Shown: positions 25,201 through 37,135 of the stretch, piece by piece
Numbering within the stretch: the first letter of the stretch is position 1
Layout: the number at the start of each line of letters is the position of its first letter
Origin: Owenia fusiformis
Taxonomy: Eukaryota
Length of the DNA stretch: 64,000 nucleotides
NCBI GenBank assembly: GCA_903813345.2
Contig: CAIIXF020000001.1
Span: 3,534,001 to 3,598,000 of the forward strand
Direction: 5' to 3'
Program-made: the position numbers and the translations under genes
Notes under the pieces: model-generated
Told to the model about the DNA's origin: nothing
The model's database searches: none
The model's input: the letters and a program-made list of their open reading frames with translations, nothing else

Positions 25201-28200
25201 ATTACAACACAATCAACGACTACAACCTCTACAACAATTGAAACAACACAGTCACCAATGACGACAACCATAGCAACAACAATACCAATACAAATAGTGG
25301 ATACCACATTAAGTGACACAACAACAATTGACACAACAGTAGCTGAAACAACAATAGTCGACACAACAATGGTTGACACCACATTGGCTGAGACGACAAT
25401 AGTCGATACAACAATGGCTGACACCACATTTGCTGACACGACAATAGTTGACACGACCATAGATGAGTCAACAGAGGAACCATCTACAACTCCACTTGTG
25501 ATTTCATACAGCACAACAAGACATTCTGTTTCTACCAGCCAAGAGTTTGAGTTGACCACAGCCCGTGAAATAGCTGGCACCACTACTACGGACCGAAGTT
25601 CTGCTGTTCCTCCATCAACAACTGTTAGTATTGCCCCATCATCGTCAGTGCTAACATCATCATCTACAGCATCATCAACGGCTACAGTAGCATCAACAAC
25701 TTCATTACCATCATCATCAACAGCTGCAGCAGAATCATCAACATCAGCTACACAAATGTCTTCTACAATAGGTGAGTTTATTTTGGTTTCTATTGAAGAC
25801 ATGAGATCCTCCAAATTTTATGATTTCACTTTTTCAGAACACACGAGGGATACCAGTAAAGACAAGCAACTAAACAATAGCAACCAAATTCTTGTTATTC
25901 TTGTTCAAGTTCCATACTTGCAGGTCCAATTCAAATCAAAGTTGTTTAAAATTATACACAACATCACATCCATCGTGTCTTGGATAAACCAACAGTCGAT
26001 AGACAAAATTATTTGTAACATCCTGGTTGCAACACTTTGTGCACTGATTCTGTGATGGTATTGGGGTTGTCATTAGATGACACTCTAAGAATAATGTGTA
26101 TGAAAGCAATTCCAAAATAACTGGCTATATTTGGAAGATAATTGGGGAGGAAAGAAAATGTTTTATTCAAAAAGCCCCCTGAGGTACTGAATTGGTAAAG
26201 CGTGTACTATACACTTACTTATACATGCATAAGGCTGATGAAAATGACAAAATGATGGATGTAACACAAGAAAACTTTATTTCCATACATTTTATAATGT
26301 TGTATTTCCGGGCCTCAGATCAAGAGGGTCCCATCATTAAAAAAATGGACGGTTGGGTCACAATTTACATCAGTCAAAATATGTATCAATTGATTCGAAT
26401 CATGTTTTTGATAAAGAAAAATAATTATGTTAACCATGCATTTCCAATATTTTAGATTTAGCATCAATTAAAAGGGAAAGAGAGGAATCTGATAGAGCTG
26501 GTAAAATTGGTAAGTATGAAAACAATGCAAGTGAACAGAATTTAAAACTAAGAGAAATAGAAGGGACAACAGAGCGTTACTCAAATGTTACAAGAAACTT
26601 TTTTAGCAATCTACAGTCGGTGAATTTTAGAAGTGTTTTCAAAATTAACTACTGTCGTACGTATTATTTTATATGTTCTGACAGACAACTTCAGTGAAAA
26701 TGTGTATTTATAAACTACATTAAATCCTCGCAAAACAATTAAATAAGAACATCTGATTAATTCTAATTTCCCCGCCCTCAAGCCACACGCGTTCATATAT
26801 TCTGAACGGCTCGGAATGTAGTTTTGAAATAACGTTTCTTGTTATGTTACACCCTATGCACATCTTGATTCACAAGGTTTCAGTTTCTTCAACTTGTGTT
26901 ATGACCATCTTGGAATTCGAAGATGCCCTATGCAGACGGAGTTTGATGTATACTGCGTCAGAATGAATTACATACTATTTTTACAATTTTATTGATATCA
27001 GGTGTCAACTACACATATATGAGTATATTTCAAATCAAAACAGCTAAGTTTAAGAAATATCGCAAATTTAAATTCAATAATGACCGCTCATTTCTGCCGC
27101 ACCAAATATTCCCCACAGGCTCCGTCTACATAGGGTGTATTATGTCAATCATTCGTCCATCTTTTTTCCACCATAATTGATATGCAAATGAAGTTAACAG
27201 TTCGATGAAAAATATGAACTTTTAAACGACTGTGTTTGTCTAATTTGATATCTAGCCCTACTATCACACCAAACTAGTTCTCACTACGTTCTCGAAAACG
27301 GGCTTCAACTGTATACGAACGGACTGGACCTACTAAGAACCGTTTGGGATCTATTTACAAACTTCATCGAACGTACTCGAACGGGTAGGTCCTCTTGAAC
27401 TTAGACAATGCTCGAAATGTTGTCGTGGTCGTCACGTTCTATTATTTGAACGAGTGACAACGTACTAACAACGAGCTGGACGTACTACGAACGGAACCGT
27501 CGTACTTCAATCATACTAGGGACGTTTTAACAACGAGTTGAACTGTCTGAGGACGTGTTGAGAACGAGGTAGAACTAAATGCAAACGGGATTAAACTGAT
27601 TAAGAACGTATTTAACACTGCTTATGAACGAGCTAGCAAAAATATAGCTATCACACCAAACAAGTTGCCACTGCGTTCTTCAAAACTGGTTTTAAACTGT
27701 GTGCGAACGGAATGAACGTAGCTGCAACTTTCTAAGGTCTATTTACGAACTTCATGAACGTTCTCAGACGGGAAGGTGATTTTAGAATTTTGAATCGATT
27801 CAAAATTCGATGGCGACCATACCGTTCTGTTATCAGGTCATGGTGACCTTCTAGACTAAGGGACGTTGCACATCGACCTGGTGCGACTTGAACGAACTGC
27901 GAATGAGATGGACGTATTGAAGACTGTTTATGAACGAAGTAGCTAATTATTTCAGACATATTTCCCGACCACAGCCAGATTAAGCCCGTTTTACGACTTT
28001 TTCGTAGGACTGGCAAGAACGGGTAAGAACTAGTTTGGTGTGATAGCAGGGTTAGTGAGATTACGATTTTTTGTACGTTTTTGTACGTGTACGTGGACGT
28101 GTAGAGTTATGGTCCTCTGTGGATTAGTTTAAAGGTATACGGAAAAATAATTGTAATTAGGTACCTGGAAAAGTGAATTGAGAGCGGGGTGGTAATCCCC

Positions 28201-31200
28201 GGGGTCGAAATATTACACGCTCACGTACAGGTTCCCTTAAAACGTGTAACTTTGCCTCCCTACTAGCTACAAAGACATAACTTGATACCAGCTAAATAGA
28301 TTTCTTAGTTTCTGAAATGTTTTGTGTAGAAAAGCAGGCAAATGCAATAGACTTTTTATTTGAGTCTATATGTTATAATTGAGTGAGGAAGGATACTACT
28401 GTTATTAGCTTATAAGGGAGGTCGACCTTCACGTTTTAAGAGGACTTGTACGTAAACGTGTGAAATCATTGTCATCTAGGGATTAGTTCATAATACTACT
28501 CGTTCAAGTTCTCTAAAAACGTTTAGCGTGAGCTTTAATTTTAACGTCACTTACAGATCTATACGTTGATACATTTACCAAACCAGTCTGACGTAATTTA
28601 TCTACTCCCTGAATCTGAAATGTCGTAGATCCACACCGGAATAGCCTGACAACGGTAAAATCAGATATCGTTGTCACAAATGGCGGACATAACCGTCGCT
28701 TCAAGACTTTAATCACTTGGTCCTCATTTCATGGGATTTTATCGTCGCTAATCCTGTGCATGCATTAAGCTCTTGTGATGATGTATCATATGAAATCCCA
28801 ATTTCGATCAAATTGGGTCGTGAATCGCAACAATATAGCGTCTTCGATATCGTCAATGACAACGGAATCTGAATTTGAAATATTTACAAAGACAACGGCA
28901 TATGGTAATACAGTGTCTGTTGTCCCGTATCTCATTTTGATCGGTTAAATTAAAGACTTTATTTCGATGGTAGAACATTATTAAGTGAATAATGAGTATA
29001 AAGACACTTTGGTTGATTGTTGTTCTAAAGTCTAGATGCTCTATTAAACATACAGTTCATGAAAATCTAATTGAAAATACGGTTATGTCCGCCATTTGTG
29101 ACAACGTTATCTGACTTTACCGTTGTCAGACTATTCCGGTGTGAGATCTACGACGTCGAACTGGGCCAGACGGGTTTGGTTAGGCGTACATTATCATTGA
29201 CGTGACGTGTTGACAAATCGAAATCCAGTAAAACTATGTTATTTGAATTTGTATACTTATTTATTGAATTTATTTGGATGCTATTGTATACTTTTCGGTT
29301 TGGAATTATACAGACATGATTATAGTACTATATAATAACACAACTAATAGCTAATACAAGAAAACACTGTGATTGTAAGGAAATTTAACTGTTTACTTAA
29401 TTTTTTTTAAAATCCAAGTTGTGAACTCAAATGCAAAATTATGTAATGTTTGTTGTAATGTTGTAGATGCTACACGCCATTCATTGTTGTTTGTTTGTAA
29501 GGCTGTCTTATCTGATACCATTCTTAATTTCTGTTACCAACTTTCTGAAAATATAAAATAAATAGTGATATAAATATGCTGAATATTATAATCAGTATGT
29601 GATTGATGTGTTAAGTTGTGGATGTTACAAAACGGAAAAATGACGTTGCATCCTTCAAACGCAGGGCTCCAGATATAACTGACGCATCAACAAGAGGGAA
29701 GTTGTTGATGACGGGAGCCGTGCGTCCGGAGGTTGTGATACTGTTGCTTTATGAAGAGGCTTACATTCAACCTGTTGTTTATACTTTTCTTCCATCTGCG
29801 ACATGAAATAGTGAAGAGTCCCGAACATCTTGTAAACAACCTCGGCTGCATCATCACTGATGTGGAGACCCTTCATATATGCCATGGCGTCACACATCTT
29901 TCCCATGTGCTCGGTGTTCCAAGGGGCGTCCAATCTGACTTGACGTTTTGCTCTCATGTTTTCCACCTCCTCTTTGGCTTCGTCGATGATGTCTTCTTGC
30001 TTGGGAATATTGTGTTCTCCATCAATGGCACCTGCCAGCTCGGCTCTCAATTGGCAGACAACGTGCATACGCTTCAGTTGTTCCCATACATAATCACGCA
30101 TGGCGGAGTCATCGTATGTTTCACCTTCTTCCGCTTGTTTTGTCTCAGCAAGGAGGCGTTTAAGAGTTGCCACCATTCCACTCTTGCTATCCCTTTTGAC
30201 TGGGCCACTCAAAGTTGCGGGGACAACCAAGAGCATCAGGGCCAGGGAAACAGTCACAATATTCATCTTGAAATCTGGAAAAAATGAACAATTATCAGTA
30301 CATCCTTGTTGCAATTGATGGATTGAGATCTACTGCAACTTTTGCTTTTTGTTTTTGCATAGAATGATGGAAAATTCAAATCTCAGACTGAAAACTTGAA
30401 AAAGTTGAGGTTACCCTTGATTATCCAATAAAATATAAAGAACTTATCTCGTTTTTTAAATTGATTTACTTGGAGTATTCGCAGCGAGAAACAATGCGAA
30501 GAGGTCAGAACAATTTATAATTCCAACTCCAAAACTCAACCCAAAACAGTTGAAACTTAGGTAAGTTAGATACAATTGAAAATCACAATTAAACTTGAAT
30601 ATTGCAACTTTCACTTTGAAAAATAAAATAAGGTTGAGTTTAAAACTTTTCATGTGCTTTTTAAGTTTGAAACTATTCAAGAGACTATTAAGGATACTAT
30701 AAAAAATACAAATTAGACCAAAATACAATGCTTTTTCTTGAAATGTTTATTATTTTGTATTTCTGAAGTGCGATACATTAATCATAAAATAATTGGTGCT
30801 CGTCAAAATTTTTTGAATAATTCTTACCTTGTTTGGTCAGACTCTCTCACTCCTATGGGAACTAAAAAGTGGTACCTTGTTGGTGGTAACCCAAGATTTT
30901 AAAGTCCTAGGCTATTATGTTATTTTATAAGATTTATAAGTTTGTTTTGGACCCCATTGTGAGAATTCTTATATAATGTACAGGGTGCTTCGCTATTTAC
31001 AGTCTACTTTAAAAGAACATATTTCAAGGTTTTTCATCAAAATATTTATTTGATCTATTTATGCATCGTTTTTTTTGTTTCCACTAAGTACATTATGTGA
31101 TATTTTGATATTAACCCTCTTTTTAGTATAGTCACGCGGTACTAACTTCGACCGTTAATTTGAATTTTTGACCTACCAGATGTATGAAAATCAAAGGATT

Positions 31201-34200
31201 GCGAGTCTCATACTGCACCGTTTTTTCAAACTTGTTCCATTCAAAGCATAACAAAAATGACTTTTTGTATCTTTTTATTTGAAATTTCCACAGAATGTGT
31301 AAAATAATGGCAGCCATTGGTGTGACGAATTTCATTTACTTTCCTTCAATTGGAAGAACAAATTGGTTACTAGTATGGTCACGCTTCTTCAGACCTTGAT
31401 CGATCTGACGCATCATTAGTAAAATGTTGTTTGTAATTTACTGTAAACACATATTTTGGCAATATCTGTTAGATTGGCAAAAATGGGAGCAAGGATATGT
31501 AATATTTCTGTTACATGGCAAAAATGACAAGCCATAGATAGGTTGACTTCAAATTCATACAAAGGACGCAACGTCGCGATGCCTCAAAGATTTTGACCAA
31601 TATCTGTTAACGTTGCAATGAATTATGGGATTTGACATTTTTTATTTGTTACACAATAACTTGAGAACTCATTGCCTGATTAACTTTAAATTCATACAAT
31701 GATCACCAATCTTCAAACTTAGGATAATATTAGTTACCGTTGGATATGGAACTTGCACAGATACGTTTTCACTTTATGTATTTATTTAATTGTCATGGTT
31801 ACAATTATAAATACTTGTACTTTAATACATCGGAAACAATTACCCCAGGCTCCAATCCATGTGCAATCAAAAATGATCGTCAAAAATGTTTTGTTATGAA
31901 TTGATCAGATTGTGGAAACTGTTATGTTGTCTAAGTCCTAAACTTTTCTGCATGAGATGTCAAATTGGCCATTTCTAATTCTTGCCTTTCCCGAGGCCTT
32001 TCCCATCTCTAAGATGCTGACACTGGGAGATGGCTGAAACAAACTCTGTTGTCAGGTTATGTTGAAATAATTGATGCTTGAGATCGTGAGCTTAGTTATT
32101 TTGTCGTGATCAGTTTAAACGGTGTCACTGTTCCGTCTCACTCTGTACTCTGAACCTTGTCAAAGGGTGAGAACGTTTAATACCTAGAACACGTCGATTT
32201 AAATCCCCTTTCCAATATCATTTTGGCACTGCCAAGAAGACAGATTGGTGTTCATTTCAAATTTAAATTTATCGATTTAGTTAAGCTCTTTAAAGGGTTG
32301 GTATTTGGATTAACTACACGGAAAACAAGTAATTCTTATTCTTAAATTCCAACTAGTTAGCCACTATTATTTTCTCATTGGAATTTTTATTCATGTTTGA
32401 AATCGCTTTTGTTACACAGCCGATATTAATGATGTTGTAGCTCTGCAATAACAGTGTCTGGATATTTAAAGGACATTTAAACTTGAACTGCTCCATCAGT
32501 GGTCCTCGTGAGAAATCATGGCCTTCTGTTAGCTTATTTCTAGAAGTCATATTTCTAGTTAACGACAGAAAGATTACGCTTTGCAATAGTTCGACTTCGC
32601 TTTTTAAAGAGAGCTTCGTCTATACTCTTGGAGCGGGGTACATAAAGATGGGATGAGTATCAGAATCGAATGTATTATCGTTATGTACTTGAATATCGTC
32701 CCATATCTTTTCTAGGATGTTAGTGATACTCCCATAGGCTTCGGGAATAGTAGTAATACTATGTATAATAAAGTTTCTTTCTCTTTCTCCGTCCATCACA
32801 TCATCTTTTATGGGAATCTGGTGCTATCCATAACACTTTTCAACCATGGGCTTTCAACTAACTGAAAGCCCATGCTTTAACCCAGCTCTTAATTGGCAGA
32901 CGTACATACCATGGGCGTCTTCTTGAACTCACTGTCCTGTCTTGTTTTAGAATGAGGACGTCTCATTTGTTTCATATGATTCTTATTGTCTTTTTGACTG
33001 AACTAAGCTTGGGTTCGACAGCAAACAACACAATCAAGGTCACTGGATAAACTGCAATATTTGCAATGTTGGGCAGTGCGCAATTGAATTGCAAACGCAA
33101 AATTGCAAGACTGGGACGGAAATAAATTTCCATACTACAGTATCGATGAAATCTAATTTATGAATTTATACTTTCCAAATTTTTAAAGATATTCAAAAGT
33201 TTTAACATTTTATAAGCACACTACTATACCTAACACCTAGAAATGCATAAGATACTTTGTTTGTCTAGTTGAATTGTTTAATATATTTTTGAAAGTGCCT
33301 TACTAGCATCTAATTTTCAACCGATAAACCATTCATAAGGAACAGACAAATAAAAACAAATACATAATCATTACTAATGAGCCAAATGGGTTGCTCATGA
33401 ACACCAAATGCAAGGTATAGTAGTGTGTAAGTGGTAACGAGCATCTTAGCGTCTTTGGATGATATATACCAAATATAATATACTTTAAAACCTGGCAAAC
33501 AAATGGTAAACAATAAGTATGCCCGGGTATATATGGTACAAGTATATATACATTTTTGAAATTAATTAACAAAATGGACAATTATCGAATGAATTATTCT
33601 CGATTCTGTAACACGATCGAATCTGGACCAATTTTGAGGCTTGATATAATATTCAGACATATCTAGACAAGGTGTGTCCGATTCCACGCAATCAGAAAAC
33701 GCTATTTCAAGTAACTGCATGCTATTATTTCACTTTATTATATACCTCAAATGTATTCTAGATGCTCATTGGCTTATTCATGGTCACATGACATGGAAAG
33801 TCCTAAATCCCTGCTTTCAGGGAAGATGAATTGTACTAATCACCAGTTAGGTCATGTGACCAGTCAATAGTACATTTTATCTTCCCCCAAATCTGAGATT
33901 ATAGGAGTTGAAAGGTAAAATGCCTTTAAATGCCAATAAGAACCTGTGAACATTTGATATTGAAATGAAAAGACTTCTCATTTTGTTTTTGTTTACAGAG
34001 TACTTATCAGGTATATAACAAAACAAATAGTGACTGCCACATTTTCGGGAAATAGTGTAAAAATTTTCCTCTCGGGAATATCTATTTGTACAATATTACC
34101 TGCAGAAACAATGCACTGAACGATATCTAATTTCCCGGGGAAAATTGCCGCTCATTACTTGCATTCTTGACCGGCAATATTGACCGCCACCATGACGTCA

Positions 34201-37135
34201 CATATTGCTTAGGTCGATATAATAAAATTAATGTCTTCTAAACTAGCACTAAAGTCCCTAGAACTGGCCTGGCAAGGTGGTAATAATATATGATACCGAC
34301 TGACACAAACAGAAGTGACAAATTGACCCTGATTGCAAAATTTTTCGTTCCACATTGCACTGAGTCCAGGGCTTAAATCCTAAATACAATCTTACTGAAA
34401 TATTCAAAATACAATCGCTTGCAATAGGAAAATTCCATATCCACAAATCGTGGATAAGTATTGTTTGCTTCCAGTTGAATATATACAATTGAAAATTTAA
34501 TGAGCATTGGAAAAAGGTTTAGCCTCCCCGTTGCTAAATAGAACTTCAAAATAATCCGGATTTTATTGCACAGTTAATCCACCTTTGGCTAATAGAGAAA
34601 TTTCCAATTGCCCCTGCAAGATTGTAACTCTTTTAAAAAGATTAGTGAATGTATAATTGTCAAAATGTGAATACACTGCTTATGAGATATGTCTTATGTG
34701 ATATAAGGTCAATAAGGGGGTTGCTATATTTATTTATTTATTTATTTAGACTTACACTTTTAAAACAGTGGCTCACAAAAGGAGCATCGACATTCATTAA
34801 AAAATTATGTACATACAAAAACCTATAGTTTACTAAAATAATGGTAATCATGGTTTTCCAGAATATGGTATGTACACCTCTGTTAAAAACGTTTTAAAAC
34901 AATTGTCAAATTGTTTTCCTATTTCATTCCCCACATTATAAAAACATATATAGCTGAATAAATAGCTGTCAGCACTTGTTTCTATTTGTTTTGGTTGGGC
35001 CAGACTGCCATAGGCTTCAATGGTAAAAACTTGCAATAGTTACTTAATTTCATGATTTATCAAAAAGTGTTCTAAAACTCTGTCTAAAACTCGAATGGTA
35101 TACCCTGTTAATGTACATATTGTGATTAATCATGAGCATTTTAGTTGTTGAATGAATAAACCAAGGTTTTTAAAAAGATCATTGGAGACTTGGCCAACAC
35201 TTTTTGAGAAAAGTTGAAAAGGTTTTGGAAAAAGATTTGAATAACATAACTCTATGAGTTCAGTGAAAATTTATCTAAAAGTCAGTAATAACTTTGATTT
35301 ACTTCACTGTTAGAACTTCTAGAGAAGTTAAGAAGAAAAATACTGTTCAATGAAATACTAAAAAATGTTTTGTATAATTCTTCAGGAATGTGGATTGGAA
35401 TTGGCGTTGGACTTCTTGTGCTGATAGTACTTGTAATACTTCTCATTGCCTTCCTCACAAGGAAAAAGTAAGATTTCATTTATCTAATTCATTTCAATGT
35501 GCATGCTGCATGAATAAATTAAGATAATGGTGGCTGATTTAATTTGGATCTTTAACTTTCATCACACTGTCATTGATCTTCACTTACATCACACTATAAT
35601 TCATGCATGTTTCAATTTTCCCATACTTTATTGAGCACCCTTGATAATGCTAAACTATACACAAACTGCAGCCTATTGCAATAGCTTACGATAAGATGGG
35701 ACTTTCAGCTGTGCTCATCTTTCTACGAGTCTCATCTTATCAGATAATTATTTTAGAATAATATCTAAGGTCGCTTTGCTTTATAGATGGCGTATCATTC
35801 AGCCTCGTAAATGGGCAATAAAAACACCACCAATGAGACAATCAATTCATCCACAGCAATTCCCTAGTGAAAATCTATGTCTTGTTAATTGTAATGAGAA
35901 ATATCAGAATGGACTCCTTCCCCCTATCCCAGGTACTTTTATTTTCATGTCAAATTCCCCGAAATTATAAATATATTTCTTCTCCAGTGTTATTGAAGGT
36001 CTGATAAATATTTACAAATGGGAAAAATGATTTACATTTCAAATCATATGATTGATCAGAGAATAGTTGGTTATTTGTGACAAAATTGAGGGAAATAATA
36101 GCTTTGGTTGCCTTAACTTTACTGGGCTGATGATATTTAGCATTAACATTGAACACTGGAACTCACCTAGTTATGCTGACGATACGTCAGCGTAACAAGA
36201 TGGAAGAACTTCCGGCTTCGTTTTCGGTAAGATATTTTTATTTCTCGATTCTACACCACTTATAAGTCAAGTTGTGGACAATAATTTGGCTCAAAGCTAA
36301 GGAAGATAGCCTAGTTTGAGAATATGCAGGCGGTTCTATATTGCCAATGTGACAATATTCATGAAGATCGTCAATGTAACAAAAGCGAGGGACTAAATAT
36401 TTGAATTGCGTCTCCGTTAATATACTAAACAGAACCGCCTGCATATGTGGTGTGGAATCGAGAAATAAAAATATCTTACCGAAAACGAAGCCGGAAGTTC
36501 TTCCATCTTGTTACGCTGACATATCGTCAGTGTAACTAGGTGAGTAGCAGTGATTGAAGGATATCTAATCCATTCTTATTTCTCATTTTAGACAACCAGT
36601 TCGAAAACCAGAATTTGCAGAAAGAGAGGATAACACTTACATCGATGACGTAGATCCTGTCATGCTAACTAACCCGTTATATGAACAGACTCAGTCGCCA
36701 CGCAACTCAAAGATCAACATTGAGATCTCAATTGGGGAGAGCGGTCAGGTGACCACAAATGGAATGAGCATGCCAACGGGGAAATCAATATCATCGATGC
36801 GGCTCAGTGGAGGCACAACCAACCCAGGGTATGAGATGATGAGTATAAGAAAAGAGAATGACAGACAAAGTCCAAACCAAGACTACGAGATGATGGGTAT
36901 GAATGGCAGTGACAAACAAAGTACATTAAAATCTGACTATAGCGTTCCCAGAACTGGGAGTGAGCTGTCTGGAACAGAGTCTGAGTATGACACTCCTAAA
37001 GTACAGCCAGACTATGACACCCCGAGGTATCTGGGAAGACTGCTTCCCGCTCCTCCAGCATATTCCAAAGACAAGCCAAAGGACCCATGGGATATTCAAG
37101 TCGTTGAGGGATGGAATGCTCAATCTAAAATTTAA
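22234..37135 (+). CDS. Type-I transmembrane C-type-lectin / trefoil / mucin receptor. Exons: 22234-22545 (CTLD N-half), 22801-22959 (trefoil-like 1), 24243-24410 (trefoil 2), 24737-24883 (CTLD C-half), 25139-25771 (Thr/Ser mucin stalk), 26456-26509, 35386-35467 (TM), optional 35787-35932, last exon 36592 or 36600 to 37135. Probable signal-peptide exon near 22105-22137.
   Basis: CTLD motifs SWYNAKAYC...LAKL, FWIGL, YWID and YTDW...C...W...C...FICQY. Six-Cys CC-containing modules, a Thr-rich stalk, TM MWIGIGVGLLVLIVLVILLIAFL followed by RKK, and a Tyr-motif tail. Extracellular introns are all phase 1. Start codon not resolved. Confidence 0.8.
22575..22732. repeat. Intronic tandem repeat, ~34-38-bp unit TAGTAACTAAGTAATAGTTCATACATTTTTACAC, about 4 copies
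   Basis: Directly visible. Confidence 0.85.
23101..24217 (+). mobile_element. Internally deleted Tc1/mariner-superfamily element (DD37D/maT-type) with ~290-bp TIRs and TA TSD
   Basis: TA|CAGGGTGGGCCAAAAA...TTTTTGGCCCACCCTG|TA. The internal relic at ~23500-23700 reads QDIASYH...*PPTSPDANVVDCHTW...SIDELK, with 37 codons between the last two catalytic Asp and in-frame stops. Confidence 0.9.
27255..28052. mobile_element. ~800-bp non-autonomous TIR element with an internal diverged direct duplication
   Basis: TA|GCCCTACTATCACACCAAACTAGTTCT...AGAACTAGTTTGGTGTGATAGCAGGGT|TA. The segment starting at 27261 recurs, diverged, from 27648. Rich in GAACG. Confidence 0.8.
28578..29179. mobile_element. ~600-bp MITE with ~100-bp imperfect TIRs, flanked by TTA
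   Basis: GTCGTAGATCCACACCGGAATAGCCTGACAACGGTAAAATCAGATATCGTTGTCACAAATGGCGGACATAACCGT (~28622-28696) is the near-perfect reverse complement of ~29079-29155. Termini CCAAACCAGTCTG/CAGACGGGTTTGG; TTA at 28575-28577 and 29180-29182. Confidence 0.8.
29655..30266 (-). CDS. Unrecognised secreted preproprotein (203 aa), nested antisense in the receptor intron 26510-35385
   Basis: Signal peptide MNIVTVSLALMLLVVPATLS, four KR sites including a furin-type RAKR|Q, and GC-richer coding-like composition. Splice acceptor at 30275-30277 just before the ATG, candidate 5'UTR-exon donor at 30826-30827, minus-strand AATAAA at 29260-29265. Confidence 0.8.
   Translation of the reverse strand: MNIVTVSLALMLLVVPATLSGPVKRDSKSGMVATLKRLLAETKQAEEGETYDDSAMRDYVWEQLKRMHVVCQLRAELAGAIDGEHNIPKQEDIIDEAKEEVENMRAKRQVRLDAPWNTEHMGKMCDAMAYMKGLHISDDAAEVVYKMFGTLHYFMSQMEEKYKQQVECKPLHKATVSQPPDARLPSSTTSLLLMRQLYLEPCV
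36154..36552. mobile_element. 399-bp MITE with ~100-bp TIRs (CACTG...CAGTG) and a perfect 6-bp TSD ATTGAA
   Basis: ACTCACCTAGTTA...AAGATGGAAGAACTTCCGGCTTCGTTTTCGGTAAGATATTTTTATTTCTCGATT is mirrored at ~36456-36546. ATTGAA at 36148-36153 and 36553-36558. Confidence 0.9.

Noticed and set aside
25044-25814. 256-aa Val-rich minus-strand ORF
   Set aside because: Antisense shadow of the Thr/Ser mucin exon (ACA codons read as GTT/TGT on the other strand).
29751-30287. 178-aa plus-strand ORF as a possible extra receptor exon
   Set aside because: Antisense to the nested secreted gene. The signal peptide, splice acceptor and poly(A) signal all support the minus strand.
33000-33030. GGTTCGA motif as a possible tRNA or SINE B-box
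   Set aside because: No cloverleaf or matching A-box could be built around it.
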